The notes under the pieces are model-generated. The model searched no databases, was not told the DNA's origin, and worked only from the letters and a program-made list of their open reading frames with translations. The position numbers were made by a program, and so were the translations under genes. A DNA stretch of 64,000 nt from contig JABMPU010000077.1 of assembly GCA_013203665.1 (NCBI GenBank), positions 22,471 to 86,470 of the forward strand, given 5' to 3'. Positions 21,730 to 31,990 of the stretch are shown here, one piece after another. The DNA comes from Armatimonadota bacterium (lineage in GTDB: Bacteria > Cloacimonadota > Cloacimonadia > Cloacimonadales > TCS61). The stretch's first letter is position 1. Each line of letters opens with the position of its first letter.

Positions 21730-21908
21730 GTTCCACCAAAACGAATTAAAACTATTTTTTTATAAATGAAGCTCTTAAAAGCTCGCTATTTATACCTTAT
21801 TTGGAAGCAATAAAAAGTATGATATAATTTAACATTGACAATAAAGCTTATACTTAATGTTTTTGATAGGATTTTTTTAGTATAAAATCCATATTAAAGG
21901 AGAAATTT

Positions 21909-24902
21909 ATGAAGTTAAACCATTTCAAAACTTCTTTTTTTCTGGTTTTGATGGTTTTCAGCTTCCTGTTTTTGCCAATCTCCTCCCACGCAGCTTTAGA
22001 CGACTCAGAGTACATCGTTCAAAATCTGCAAGTGAATGACATCCCGAATGATGACGGGTCGGGATTGGTACTTAGTTGGAAACCATTATCAAAAGAAAAG
22101 AGAATCATCGAATACCGCATTTATCGCGGTGTTACGCCGGATTCTCTTTTTTATATCGGAAGAATCGATGTAAATGTGAAAACCGGAGTTGCGGGTGATT
22201 TGATGTATTTTTATGACACCGCCTACAATTACTTTCTAGATATCCAGGCTCCGGGAAAACTTAAAAAAGAGAAAAAACAGGCAGAAGACAGTCCTCTTTA
22301 CAGAAGGTATCCTCGCGATCTGGCAGTTACCGGACCTCAATTTAAGAACTACAGTGTATTAACTGTTATTCCTGAAAAAGATTACTATTACAAAAACAGG
22401 AAAATCGAAGTTGTGACGGAGAAAGATACTACTGTTTATGCTGCCCTGAAACTGCGTAATTTCAGACAGCTTGCCAAGAAGCTGCTTGATGACAAAGAAT
22501 ATTATTACACTGTATTCGCAGTTAATGAGGCACGCAAGTATTTTCCTCACGCAGAACCTGTAATGGGAATCCCAAGAGAGAATGCTCCTGAGGAAACCAA
22601 AGAATTCTATCCGGTTTTTGTAAAAGACACAAATCGGCTTCAATTTGAATGGTCATTACCAATTTTCACTGATGATATTTACTACCATTGTTTATATATT
22701 TTGGATAAAGATGAGCTGGATAAATTTCAGGAATACAAGAAAGAGCAAAAGTTGATCGAAGAAAATAATCTGGCAATAAAGCTGGATTCGACAGTTGTAA
22801 AATATGAACCTAAGTTTGAAAATCCCGCTGAACTCATTTTTATGAGGTATGCCGGTTATCCATACACTGGTTCAAAAACTGTTCATCTGGATATTGTTGA
22901 TGGAAAAATCAAAAGTGAAAAAATTTACAAAAATGAAGTTTTGGGACAAGAATTCGATGTTGATCTTGAGATTGATATTAATAATATCCAAGATTACTAT
23001 TTTGTGTTTTCACTTTTTGATACTTCCAATTATGAGACATTCTCCGAAGTCAAAGCTGCGGAAATAGTGTATCCTGATATGCTTCCCGAAATCCCACCAT
23101 TTACAGTTGTGGATGGCAAGAATGATAAAGGTGATTACAATTATGTTTCCTGGGGAAAACCTGTCGTTTACCTTACCAATTCATCATACTTAAATGAAGA
23201 AAAAACCAAACTGCTGGTCAATTATGATACTATGACAAATGAGCATTATAAGATCAGGAATATCTATTTCACTGTTTACGATGATGCGGGAAATGAGATA
23301 AAAAAAATAAATGAATTCTATCAAGATAATAAATTGAAAATCAGAATTCCTCCCAATACTGAATCTTTAAACTTCGAAATAACATTGAAATGCAATAATC
23401 CAATTGGTGACAATTATGTGTTTTATCAAGATATTTCCTGGAATGACCAAACAAAATCTCTTACACCTGGAATTTTGTATTTTAGCGAAAGCAAAGAAGA
23501 TATTTACAAATACTCTTACTACGTTTATAAACGTAATTATACTGATGAAGAATTTCGTTTATCCAAGAAAATCACAGGTTCGCAAAGAGAGCTTTACGAC
23601 AATATACGATATAAAAATGTTCATTTCAAAATAACCACAAAATTTGATGCTGATAAAGGTCTGATCTATGTTTCTCCGGCTTTCTCAGTTAGGATGGATG
23701 GAGAACAAGAAAACACAATTCGCTCGAACCTGTATCCCTCCGAAGTTGAGAAAACTCTGAGAGGATACAAAGAACAAATCGCCGATTATACCGCATCCAA
23801 AGATACTTTGGAAACCGAAGAAGAAATCAAAGAAGCTGATGATGCAATCGAACACTATCAAAACCTGTTTGACCTTCTTGCTAATTATCCTATCTCCAAA
23901 GAAGCAGCTTCTTTTTCCAATCCTAAAGCTCGCATCAAGTACCTCGATAAATCTCGTCATATTGCCAAAAACTCATTTGAATATAAAATTGTAAAAAGCG
24001 ATGACAAAGGTCATTTCACTGAAACTCCTATTTATATCAATGAAGATGCAAAACCGGTTGATGTGGAAAAAAACATTGCTCTGATTTCTTATGAAGGTTT
24101 TGGTAAAGATCACTTCTTCCCCATTCCCAACTGGTTCAAAACTACTATGTTTCCAGCTTTTCTGGCTACAATTATTTTCGGAGGATTTGTTTTCTTTATG
24201 ATTGGAAAAGCAAAAAAGGGACACGATCTTTTTGTGCGACCAATTGCAGGAATCGAGGAAATTGATAATGCAATCGGAAGAGCAACAGAAATGGGAAAAC
24301 CTATCCTGTTTGTTCCCGGAACATCCGGAATCACCGATGTGGCAACTCTTGCCGGTCTTTCAATTTTGGGACGAGTTGCCAAAAAAGCTGCTGAATATGA
24401 CACAAAAATTCTTGTCCCCTGCCGTGATTACCTGGTTCTACCTGTTGCTCAGGAAATCGTTAAAGAAGCACATTACGAAGCAGGACGACCGGATACTTAC
24501 GATAAAACGAGCGTATTCTTTATTACAACTGCTCAATTCCCGTTTGTTGCCGGTGTTAATGGTATTATGGTTCGCGAAAAAACAGCGACCAACTTCTTTA
24601 TGGGAATGTTCTGGGCAGAAGCTCTTCTGATGACTGAAACCGGAAACACAACCGGGGCAATTCAAATTGCCGGAACAGATGCTCCAACTCAGCTTCCTTT
24701 CTTTATCACCACTTGCGATTATACTTTGATTGGTGAAGAACTTTATGCTGCCTCTGCTTATCTTGCCAGAGAGCCAATGCAGTTGGGTACTCTAAAAGGT
24801 GTGGATTATTCAAAATTATTAATTCTAATACTTATCATTTCAGGAACTATACTTTCGAGTGTGCATTTAACCTTCCTGATGAATGCATTCCCAGAGAAGT
24901 AG
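21909..24902 (+). CDS. Large membrane protein: signal peptide, extracytoplasmic FN3-like repeats, TM, DUF6754-like domain, TM
   Basis: 997 aa; V.D..ND.G....SW repeated at ~aa 42 and ~400; TM ~748-768; RPIAGIEEIDNAIGRATEMGKP...LIGEELYAASAYL (DUF6754 name from recall). Confidence 0.8.
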   Translation: MKLNHFKTSFFLVLMVFSFLFLPISSHAALDDSEYIVQNLQVNDIPNDDGSGLVLSWKPLSKEKRIIEYRIYRGVTPDSLFYIGRIDVNVKTGVAGDLMYFYDTAYNYFLDIQAPGKLKKEKKQAEDSPLYRRYPRDLAVTGPQFKNYSVLTVIPEKDYYYKNRKIEVVTEKDTTVYAALKLRNFRQLAKKLLDDKEYYYTVFAVNEARKYFPHAEPVMGIPRENAPEETKEFYPVFVKDTNRLQFEWSLPIFTDDIYYHCLYILDKDELDKFQEYKKEQKLIEENNLAIKLDSTVVKYEPKFENPAELIFMRYAGYPYTGSKTVHLDIVDGKIKSEKIYKNEVLGQEFDVDLEIDINNIQDYYFVFSLFDTSNYETFSEVKAAEIVYPDMLPEIPPFTVVDGKNDKGDYNYVSWGKPVVYLTNSSYLNEEKTKLLVNYDTMTNEHYKIRNIYFTVYDDAGNEIKKINEFYQDNKLKIRIPPNTESLNFEITLKCNNPIGDNYVFYQDISWNDQTKSLTPGILYFSESKEDIYKYSYYVYKRNYTDEEFRLSKKITGSQRELYDNIRYKNVHFKITTKFDADKGLIYVSPAFSVRMDGEQENTIRSNLYPSEVEKTLRGYKEQIADYTASKDTLETEEEIKEADDAIEHYQNLFDLLANYPISKEAASFSNPKARIKYLDKSRHIAKNSFEYKIVKSDDKGHFTETPIYINEDAKPVDVEKNIALISYEGFGKDHFFPIPNWFKTTMFPAFLATIIFGGFVFFMIGKAKKGHDLFVRPIAGIEEIDNAIGRATEMGKPILFVPGTSGITDVATLAGLSILGRVAKKAAEYDTKILVPCRDYLVLPVAQEIVKEAHYEAGRPDTYDKTSVFFITTAQFPFVAGVNGIMVREKTATNFFMGMFWAEALLMTETGNTTGAIQIAGTDAPTQLPFFITTCDYTLIGEELYAASAYLAREPMQLGTLKGVDYSKLLILILIISGTILSSVHLTFLMNAFPEK

Positions 24903-24910
24903 GAGGATAG

Positions 24911-25531
24911 ATGAAAAGACAAATTCCATTATTAATAGTAATAGGTCTCGGACTTTTGTTTGTTGTTCATACATTTGTTCCACATAAAATTTCAGAAGAT
25001 TTTTACGAATGGTGGCAAACCTGGTCCAAAGCAATATCACCCTTCATGGTTTTGTTGGGAATTATGAGTCTCTTTATGGTACATTCAACAAAAATTAAAC
25101 GTAAAACTGCCAACTGGCAATACAGCTTTGTAACTTTAGGCGGATTGTTGATAACTGCTTTTGTAGGATTTATGTGGGGCACAAGAGAAGGAACTCCCTA
25201 TATGTGGCTTTTCAAAAACATACAAATGCCAATGAGTGCAACCATGTTTTCTTTGCTGGCATTTTATATTGCTTCTGCTGCTTATAAAGCTTTCCGCGCT
25301 CGCTCTGTTGAAGCCACTGTGCTATTACTTGCAGCAGTAATTGTTATGTTAGGTCAGGTTCCCTTAGGAGCCCAGATTTCACATTGGATTCCAGATACTT
25401 CCAAATGGATTCTTAACGTTCCTAACCTTGCTTCAAAAAGAGCAATTACTCTTGGTGTAGGTTTGGGAATCACAGCTACATCGCTCAAAATTCTTTTGGG
25501 AATTGAACGAAAATATCTGGGAGGTGATTAA
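24911..25531 (+). CDS. Uncharacterised polytopic membrane protein (operon subunit 2)
   Basis: 206 aa, ~6 hydrophobic segments, SD AGGAGG. Confidence 0.85.
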   Translation: MKRQIPLLIVIGLGLLFVVHTFVPHKISEDFYEWWQTWSKAISPFMVLLGIMSLFMVHSTKIKRKTANWQYSFVTLGGLLITAFVGFMWGTREGTPYMWLFKNIQMPMSATMFSLLAFYIASAAYKAFRARSVEATVLLLAAVIVMLGQVPLGAQISHWIPDTSKWILNVPNLASKRAITLGVGLGITATSLKILLGIERKYLGGD

Positions 25532-25532
25532 G

Positions 25533-26483
25533 ATGAGTAATAATAAAAACATCTTCTGGGATAGAATGCAAAATTTAGACCGACGATATATCTACATCGT
25601 AGTTGCATTAGCTATCATCATCCCCCTGCTTATTCCGTTTAATTCTAAAACATATATAACTGAACCTGTAGAAAATCTTTATAAGAAGGTGGATTCATTC
25701 ACCGAAAGAGAAGATAGAGCTATTTTAATGTGCTTCATGCACGATGCTTCCACAATGCCGGAACTTTTCCCAATGGAAGTGTCTATTTTAAGACACTGCT
25801 TTGAAAGAAATATCAAGGTGTTCACTATTTGTTTCCTGCCCACTGCTGCTCCTCTTATAGATTACGCCATCAACACAGCAAAAGAAGTGGGCGGTTTTGA
25901 TGTGCAATCAGGTGTCGATTATTGTAATTTCGGATATAAACCTTATGCTCTATTCCTGCCGATTCTTTTGGGAATGGGAGAAGACATTGCAGAAGCAGTA
26001 GAAACCGATTCGGAAGGAAGAAAAGTTGAAAACCTGGAAATCATGAAAAATTTGAAAAATTACAATGAATTGAACCTGGTCATAGATTTCTCAGCTTCTG
26101 CCAGCGTTCAAACCTGGATTACTTATGCCAGGGTAAAATTCGGAGCAAATATCGGGGCAGGAATAACTGCTGTGATGGCTGCTGAAAATTATCCTTTCCT
26201 ACAAACCGGTCAGCTCGTTGGCATGTTGGGCGGATTGAAAGGTGCTGCAGAATATGAAAAACTTGTTGATGTCTTTGCTTCAAACAATGTTGTTTTCAGT
26301 AAAGAAATCGTCAAAGAAACCTGGATTCCAATAACTGACAAAAATATACCATATCAATTTAAAACTGCCAGAATCGGCATGAATGCTCAATCTGTTGCTC
26401 ATATCATGATAATTGTATTTATTATCCTTGGTAATATCGGTTATTTTGTGAGCCGGAAAAGCAAAAATAAAGAGTTAGGATAG
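25533..26483 (+). CDS. Uncharacterised membrane protein with TM-soluble domain-TM layout (subunit 3)
   Basis: Start ATG 25533 after GGAGG; motif YPFLQTGQLVGMLGGLKGAAEYE. Confidence 0.85.
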   Translation: MSNNKNIFWDRMQNLDRRYIYIVVALAIIIPLLIPFNSKTYITEPVENLYKKVDSFTEREDRAILMCFMHDASTMPELFPMEVSILRHCFERNIKVFTICFLPTAAPLIDYAINTAKEVGGFDVQSGVDYCNFGYKPYALFLPILLGMGEDIAEAVETDSEGRKVENLEIMKNLKNYNELNLVIDFSASASVQTWITYARVKFGANIGAGITAVMAAENYPFLQTGQLVGMLGGLKGAAEYEKLVDVFASNNVVFSKEIVKETWIPITDKNIPYQFKTARIGMNAQSVAHIMIIVFIILGNIGYFVSRKSKNKELG

Positions 26484-26491
26484 GAGGAACC

Positions 26492-27091
26492 ATGTTTGGA
26501 ACAATAAGTAATATAGTAGCAGCTTTCTTAACCCTTTGTATCTTTTCATTTTTATACAAAGATAATCCGTTCTATAAATTTGCCGAATCTTTACTCGTTG
26601 GTGTTTCCATGGGATATGCCATACCACTCGTTTACGAAAATGCATTTATTCCTTATGTTTACAGACCTATATTCCTGCAAAACAAATTCTTAATAATAAT
26701 TCCAACTCTGATGGGTGTTTTGTATATTTTCAGATTCAGTAAGAATCTCAGTTGGCTTTCCAGGTATCCCATTGTTTTTGGAATGGCAATAGTGGGAATG
26801 TTCGTGCCAATGTCTCTGAACGCACGAGTTCTGGTTCAGATGAGAAGCACCATGCTGCCTTTGGATAACATTAATACAATTTTGATCTTCATTGGAGTTG
26901 TCACGATTCTTATGTATTTCTTTTTCTCCAAGGAACACAAAGGAACTTACGGTAAAATCTCCAATGTTGGCATCTGGTATATGATGGTGGGCTTTGGTGC
27001 GTCTTTCGGATACACGGTTATGGCGCGTATTTCACTTCTTATCGGAAGAATCCAATTCCTCCTCGGAGAATGTTTAGGATTGATTAAGTAA
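26492..27091 (+). CDS. Uncharacterised polytopic membrane protein (subunit 4)
   Basis: 199 aa; FSFLYKDNPFYKFAE..LVG, GFGASFGYTVMARISLLIGR; SD AGGAGG. Confidence 0.85.
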   Translation: MFGTISNIVAAFLTLCIFSFLYKDNPFYKFAESLLVGVSMGYAIPLVYENAFIPYVYRPIFLQNKFLIIIPTLMGVLYIFRFSKNLSWLSRYPIVFGMAIVGMFVPMSLNARVLVQMRSTMLPLDNINTILIFIGVVTILMYFFFSKEHKGTYGKISNVGIWYMMVGFGASFGYTVMARISLLIGRIQFLLGECLGLIK

Positions 27092-27106
27092 GAAAGATAA
27101 AAAAAT

Positions 27107-27147
27107 AAAACCTGTTATCTGACGAAAACCGGATGACAGGTTTTTTT
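27107..27147. terminator. Bidirectional intrinsic terminator
   Basis: AAAACCTGTTATCTG...CGGATGACAGGTTTTTTT between convergent genes. Confidence 0.75.
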
Positions 27148-28420
27148 ATATTTTATTTAGAATTTCTGCTAATTTCTTTGTTAGATTTATTCTACTGTAG
27201 TTTTCTACTTTTTTATTAATTATTCTCTTTTTTCTATTTTTCCAATCATTAAATTTTTCTTCGATGAATTCCGTTATCTCTTCTATTTTATCATAAAAGA
27301 ACATTTTTCCGCTTTCAGTTTCTTTCAGGATTTGTGCTGCTTCTCCATCTTCAGGTCCGATTCCTAAAATAGGAACTCCAGAACCGATATATTCAAATAT
27401 TTTTCCTGTTAGAATACCTTTGTTGTTTTTCACTTTGTTGATTATGAGCAGCAGGATTGAAGAATTAACCAGTAAATTCAACATTTCATTATGAGGAAAA
27501 TATGAATGGAAAGTTATCAAATTATTTTCATCATATTCTTTTAATTCTATTTTCACAACATCACTCACATTTCCATAAAAATTGAGATGGATGTTGTTTA
27601 TCTTTTTCTCGTACAAAAGATTCACAGCTTTTAAGATTGGAATAGGACTCGATTCCGAAGGGATCGTTCCAAAATAATTTAAAGTAAAGTTTTTGTTATG
27701 TTTAAGTATTTTAATATGTTTAAAATCTTCGTAATCATATCCATTTGTGATGAGATGGATTTTGTTGATATTATTAAAATCATCCATAATTTTCTTTGAT
27801 ACAGCAATAGCAGAATCACAATTATCAATTACTTTTCTTTCCAGAATGCTATCAAAAAAAGTTGATATTTTCCACCTTTTCACATTTTTCAGATAACCCA
27901 TTTTCGTCCAGGGATCACGGAAATCAGTCAGCCATTTGATTTTGAATTTCTTCTTTAATTTCAATCCGACCAAATGGGTCGAGTGAGGAGGTCCGGTGGT
28001 AATCAGAACATCATATTTAGTGGATTGCAGTTCTTTTGTAGCAGCTTGAAAAGCTTGCTTATTCCAGATTTTCCGTGCATCAGGAATTATAAAATTTAAT
28101 CTCATCCAAATAGAAATTCTCCTCAAAAAAGAATCATCTTTATCTGTATTCAGGCTTCCGTAAGGAACTTTTTCCCCAATTACTTTTTGGAATAGTTTAC
28201 CGAAAGTTGGCGTTTTTGTTCTAATAACTTTTATTATCGAGGGAACATCCTTCAATAAAGATTCATCAATTGCAGGATAATCACCATCTTCGGTTGTAAT
28301 CACGGTTGGCATCCAACCAAATCCTGGAAGACACTTAACAAACTTAAGCCAACGCTGTACGCCGGAGCCACCGCTTGGAGGCCAATAATAGGTGATTATC
28401 AATGCTCTTTTCACAATCAA
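27146..28420 (-). CDS. Glycosyltransferase family 4
   Basis: YYWPPSGGSGVQRW, DFRDPW, TNGYD, GKIFEY; exact start uncertain. Confidence 0.9.
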   Translation of the reverse strand: MIVKRALIITYYWPPSGGSGVQRWLKFVKCLPGFGWMPTVITTEDGDYPAIDESLLKDVPSIIKVIRTKTPTFGKLFQKVIGEKVPYGSLNTDKDDSFLRRISIWMRLNFIIPDARKIWNKQAFQAATKELQSTKYDVLITTGPPHSTHLVGLKLKKKFKIKWLTDFRDPWTKMGYLKNVKRWKISTFFDSILERKVIDNCDSAIAVSKKIMDDFNNINKIHLITNGYDYEDFKHIKILKHNKNFTLNYFGTIPSESSPIPILKAVNLLYEKKINNIHLNFYGNVSDVVKIELKEYDENNLITFHSYFPHNEMLNLLVNSSILLLIINKVKNNKGILTGKIFEYIGSGVPILGIGPEDGEAAQILKETESGKMFFYDKIEEITEFIEEKFNDWKNRKKRIINKKVENYSRINLTKKLAEILNKI

Positions 28421-28490
28421 AAACCTTTTATAAATAATTTTGACAATATTCTAACCTGTTTCCTTTTTGTCCAAGTTTTTAGGAGAAAAA

Positions 28491-28736
28491 ATGCGCCCGA
28501 TAGAAAAAAAAGTCTTTCAGAAGATAACTGACAAAGGCATCAATTTTGATGATGTGCTGGAAATCTTAGATAGAACCAGCACTCAGGAAATGAAAAAAAG
28601 TTTCCCGGATGATTGCCATTTTCAATCTGATAAATATTTTGCAAAATTTATTCTGGATTCGCTTTTAAGATATAAACTTATCAAAAAAGATGGAGCAAAA
28701 TTTTTCAAGATCGAGAGAAAGAAGAAAGAAGAATAA
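28491..28736 (+). CDS. Small hypothetical protein
   Basis: SD AGGAG before ATG 28491; TTGACA at 28440. Confidence 0.65.
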   Translation: MRPIEKKVFQKITDKGINFDDVLEILDRTSTQEMKKSFPDDCHFQSDKYFAKFILDSLLRYKLIKKDGAKFFKIERKKKEE

Positions 28737-28841
28737 AGTAAACCTTGCAAACGGTTGAGGAACGAGACCTTCGCAACGGTTAACATTTGTTTCCCATCCA
28801 TTCTGAAGGTTTCACAAGCTCAACCATTCAGAAGGTCAGTG

Positions 28842-29639
28842 CTACTTCCACTGCCTTTTAATTTCGAAAGCCACCACAGCAAAACAAACTCCCACATTCA
28901 GAGAATTTTTCCATCCTGAAATCGGGATGTTAATAATTTCGTCAGCCCAATCCAGAATTTTTTCTGAAATCCCAAGCGCTTCATTTCCTAAAATCAAGGC
29001 ACATTTTGAGGGGAATTCAACTTCATAAATTGATTTTGAATTTGTTGTTGTTTCTACAGCAAAAATCTTAATATTTTTATCTCTCAAATATGAAATTGCA
29101 TCTTCTGTTTTCTCAAAATATTTCCATTCCACATATTTTTCAGTTCCCATAGCTGTTTTTTTCACTTTATTATTTTTCGGTGTTGCAGAATACCCACAGA
29201 GAAAAATTTCCGAAATTCCTAAACATTCAGCAGTTCGGAAAATGGAACCAATATTAAAAGATGAACGAAGATTATCTAAAATGAGATAAAGCGGAATTTT
29301 ATTTCTGGAAATATTTGTACCGTCATTTTTCAGAACCAAAAAATCATTATCTTTTACATTCTTATAGTTTTGCTCGAATGGAATTGAATAATTCAAAAAC
29401 TCTCTCAAAGACATTTTTTTGATATTAAAATCTTTTTTCACAATTTCAGAAAAACTATGAAGTGTAGGGATTTTCAGTTCTTTCTCTGCGAGATTTATGC
29501 AATCCAGAAAATTATTGAGCAATTCAAACCTGAGAGTTTCATCATGCCAATTTCTCTCGATTTCCCTGATGAATTCCAGAATAACTTTAATTTGCTTTTC
29601 TAATGAAAAACTTTTAAACTTCTTTTTTGAATATCTCAT
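28842..29639 (-). CDS. TrmH/SpoU family RNA methyltransferase
   Basis: LDNLRSSFNIGSIFRT, LGNEALG, IP..G.KNSLNV; start ATG 29639. Confidence 0.92.
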   Translation of the reverse strand: MRYSKKKFKSFSLEKQIKVILEFIREIERNWHDETLRFELLNNFLDCINLAEKELKIPTLHSFSEIVKKDFNIKKMSLREFLNYSIPFEQNYKNVKDNDFLVLKNDGTNISRNKIPLYLILDNLRSSFNIGSIFRTAECLGISEIFLCGYSATPKNNKVKKTAMGTEKYVEWKYFEKTEDAISYLRDKNIKIFAVETTTNSKSIYEVEFPSKCALILGNEALGISEKILDWADEIINIPISGWKNSLNVGVCFAVVAFEIKRQWK

Positions 29640-30191
29640 TTTACCCTCAATTGCGAAATGACTTAAATTTAAAACGACACTGTTTCGCTCACCAGCCGTC
29701 GTCAAGACTATGGCTTGGCAAGCGGGTATTCACAGATATACACAGATAAAAATTGATGAATCTTAAAATCAAAATAAAAGTAAGTAGATTCAAGAAATAT
29801 GTCAATAATTTTAAAAAATGGGGTCCTTCCGACTCCTATGAAGCCGCACTCTAACTTCCTAAAAATAAAGGATTTATAATTTTCATTATAAATGCTGATA
29901 TTTTGCATTATCTCCCGACTTAGCACATGATCTTCGACATGTGCCAAGTCTTACAGAAACTTGTCCTAAGTTCCGGCAGGAATCTTGGGAGAAGTTGATA
30001 CATTTCATCTTAATGGAACTATCAGCTTGCTGATAGCGGGGAAATCGTAAGGAACGACGAGTCGAGACAAAGAATCTACCTCGAGTCGTCGTTGCAAGCT
30101 CCTTACAACTCGAAACAGCTCTTTGTTGTTTTTATTGACACCAAATCATTTGAATTAAAGTTGTATAGCAATATAAATTATGTGAGATAAA

Positions 30192-31193
30192 ATGAAATCT
30201 AAGAAAAAACATTTTGGGAAAAATTTGCTGCTTTTATTTTCAATTATTCTTTTATGTTTGATTATCTGCGAACTTATCGTCAGAGTTTTTATACCTGTAC
30301 GTAATGTTGGTCCGTCTTTTACGGTTTATGATCCTGTATTTGGTAAAACAAATAAAACAGATTTTTCTGCTAAACGCTTTACACCTGAATTTACCATGAA
30401 AATATCTTTTAACTCTCTGGGTTTTCGCGATCCGGAAATTGAATCTATTGGAAATCGAAATATCATTTTTCTGGGAGATTCTTTTACTTTGGGATATGGC
30501 GTAAATGATGATGAAGAATTTCCTGCTCTTATTCGAAAGGATTTTTCCAACGATGACTCTGTAATAAATGCCGGAATGGGTGATAATGGGAATGGACGCT
30601 GGTTGAAATTTCTTAAAACAAAGGCAGAAAAATATAATCCTGAACTAATCGTATTTCAGATCATGGGAAATGACTTCGATGAGAATAAGATAGAAAATCT
30701 TTTCAAAATCTCGTCTTCTGAAGAATTACAGGAACTTAAAGTTGCTCCACCCGGTTTAGCCCGGAAAGTACAAAAAATTGTCGAATTTGTTCCCTTTGTA
30801 CCATATTCTTATTTGATCGGACTTCTAAGACAAGCAAGAATAAAACCGTCGTATAAACCCACAGGAGCAGTAAAAGATAAAATCAATGTCGAGCTTTCTT
30901 ATCGTGAAAAATTAACATTGAAGATTTTGGATGAATGCTTCTCTTTTTGCCAGAAAAAAGAGTGGCAAATGATGATTATTTTAGTCGGAATTTCCGGAAG
31001 AAAGTTTGATGTATTAGAGGACCTATTTGCAAAGTATGACTTTCCAATCATACAAATTCCTTCAAAAAAGGAAAGACCAGAACTATATTACATAATTGAT
31101 GGACACTGGAATAAAGACGGACATATTTACACTGCAAATATTATTTCACAAAACTTAAAACAATCTTTTCCCGAATTTTATTCAAATCCATAA
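30192..31193 (+). CDS. SGNH/GDSL hydrolase family protein, membrane anchored
   Basis: GDSFT.G, NAG, GND, DGHWN. Confidence 0.88.
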   Translation: MKSKKKHFGKNLLLLFSIILLCLIICELIVRVFIPVRNVGPSFTVYDPVFGKTNKTDFSAKRFTPEFTMKISFNSLGFRDPEIESIGNRNIIFLGDSFTLGYGVNDDEEFPALIRKDFSNDDSVINAGMGDNGNGRWLKFLKTKAEKYNPELIVFQIMGNDFDENKIENLFKISSSEELQELKVAPPGLARKVQKIVEFVPFVPYSYLIGLLRQARIKPSYKPTGAVKDKINVELSYREKLTLKILDECFSFCQKKEWQMMIILVGISGRKFDVLEDLFAKYDFPIIQIPSKKERPELYYIIDGHWNKDGHIYTANIISQNLKQSFPEFYSNP

Positions 31194-31214
31194 AAATCAT
31201 ATTTGAGGAAGCAA

Positions 31215-31616
31215 ATGGAATATAATAGAAAAATCTTTGGTTATGAGTGCGATATTTACGGACATCTTAATAATGCGATTTATCTGCACATTTATGAAGA
31301 AGCACGTTCAGATGCATTAGACCAGATGGGAATGTCCATACAAAAATTGAACGAAAGAAATATCGGCATTTTCCTGATCAATCTTGAACTTGAATTTATT
31401 AAAGCGATTCAAATGGGAGAAATTATTACAGTTAGTTCTTACATTATCGAATCGACCAGACTGAGAGCAACCTGGAAACAGGAAATATTCAATTCCAAAA
31501 ATGAATTATGCAATCGAGCTATCGTCAAAGGTGTCTTTATCAAAAATACGAAACCCAATCGTTTGCCAAAAGATATTTTTGAACATTTCAACAAATTTAT
31601 TGTAAACACGGATTAA
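31215..31616 (+). CDS. Acyl-CoA thioesterase (4HBT/YbgC family)
   Basis: ECD.YGHLNNA.YL..YEEAR; start ATG 31215. Confidence 0.9.
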   Translation: MEYNRKIFGYECDIYGHLNNAIYLHIYEEARSDALDQMGMSIQKLNERNIGIFLINLELEFIKAIQMGEIITVSSYIIESTRLRATWKQEIFNSKNELCNRAIVKGVFIKNTKPNRLPKDIFEHFNKFIVNTD

Positions 31617-31619
31617 TAA

Positions 31620-31975
31620 ATTGACCTTGAAAAGGCTTCTTTCAGAGATTCTTCCCGCTCAGCCCTTTCAAGGTTTCTTTCATAAACCTTTATCGTTTTC
31701 CAACACTGAAAGAGTCAAATGCAAGAACTCTTTCAAGTAGACCTTTTCAATGGTTTTTTCCTTTTCACAAAAGAAGAAAAGCCCAAATTCCGACAGCAAA
31801 AAGCAGAAGAGATCTTTATTCAAAAACCTGAGAGGGATAATGACATTATCCCTCTCTTTGAACTACTGAAAACTTGAGTTAAGTTAACTTTAGATGACTT
31901 GACTTAAGTTTTCTACTTCGCTGAAACATCTCAACTTAACTCATCCGTCAGTTGCCGGATAAGTCAAGTTTCTAT
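31620..31975. repeat. Cluster of hairpins/REP-like repeats between convergent genes
   Basis: For example GAGAGGGATAATG-A-CATTATCCCTCTC, TGAAAGAGT..ACTCTTTCA, AACTTGAGTTAAGTT..GACTTGACTTAAGTT. Confidence 0.6.
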
Positions 31976-31990
31976 TCTGTTTGAATTATC

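Noticed and set aside
29708..29947. 79 aa minus-strand ORF
   Set aside because: Runs through promoter and repeat DNA with no recognisable protein features
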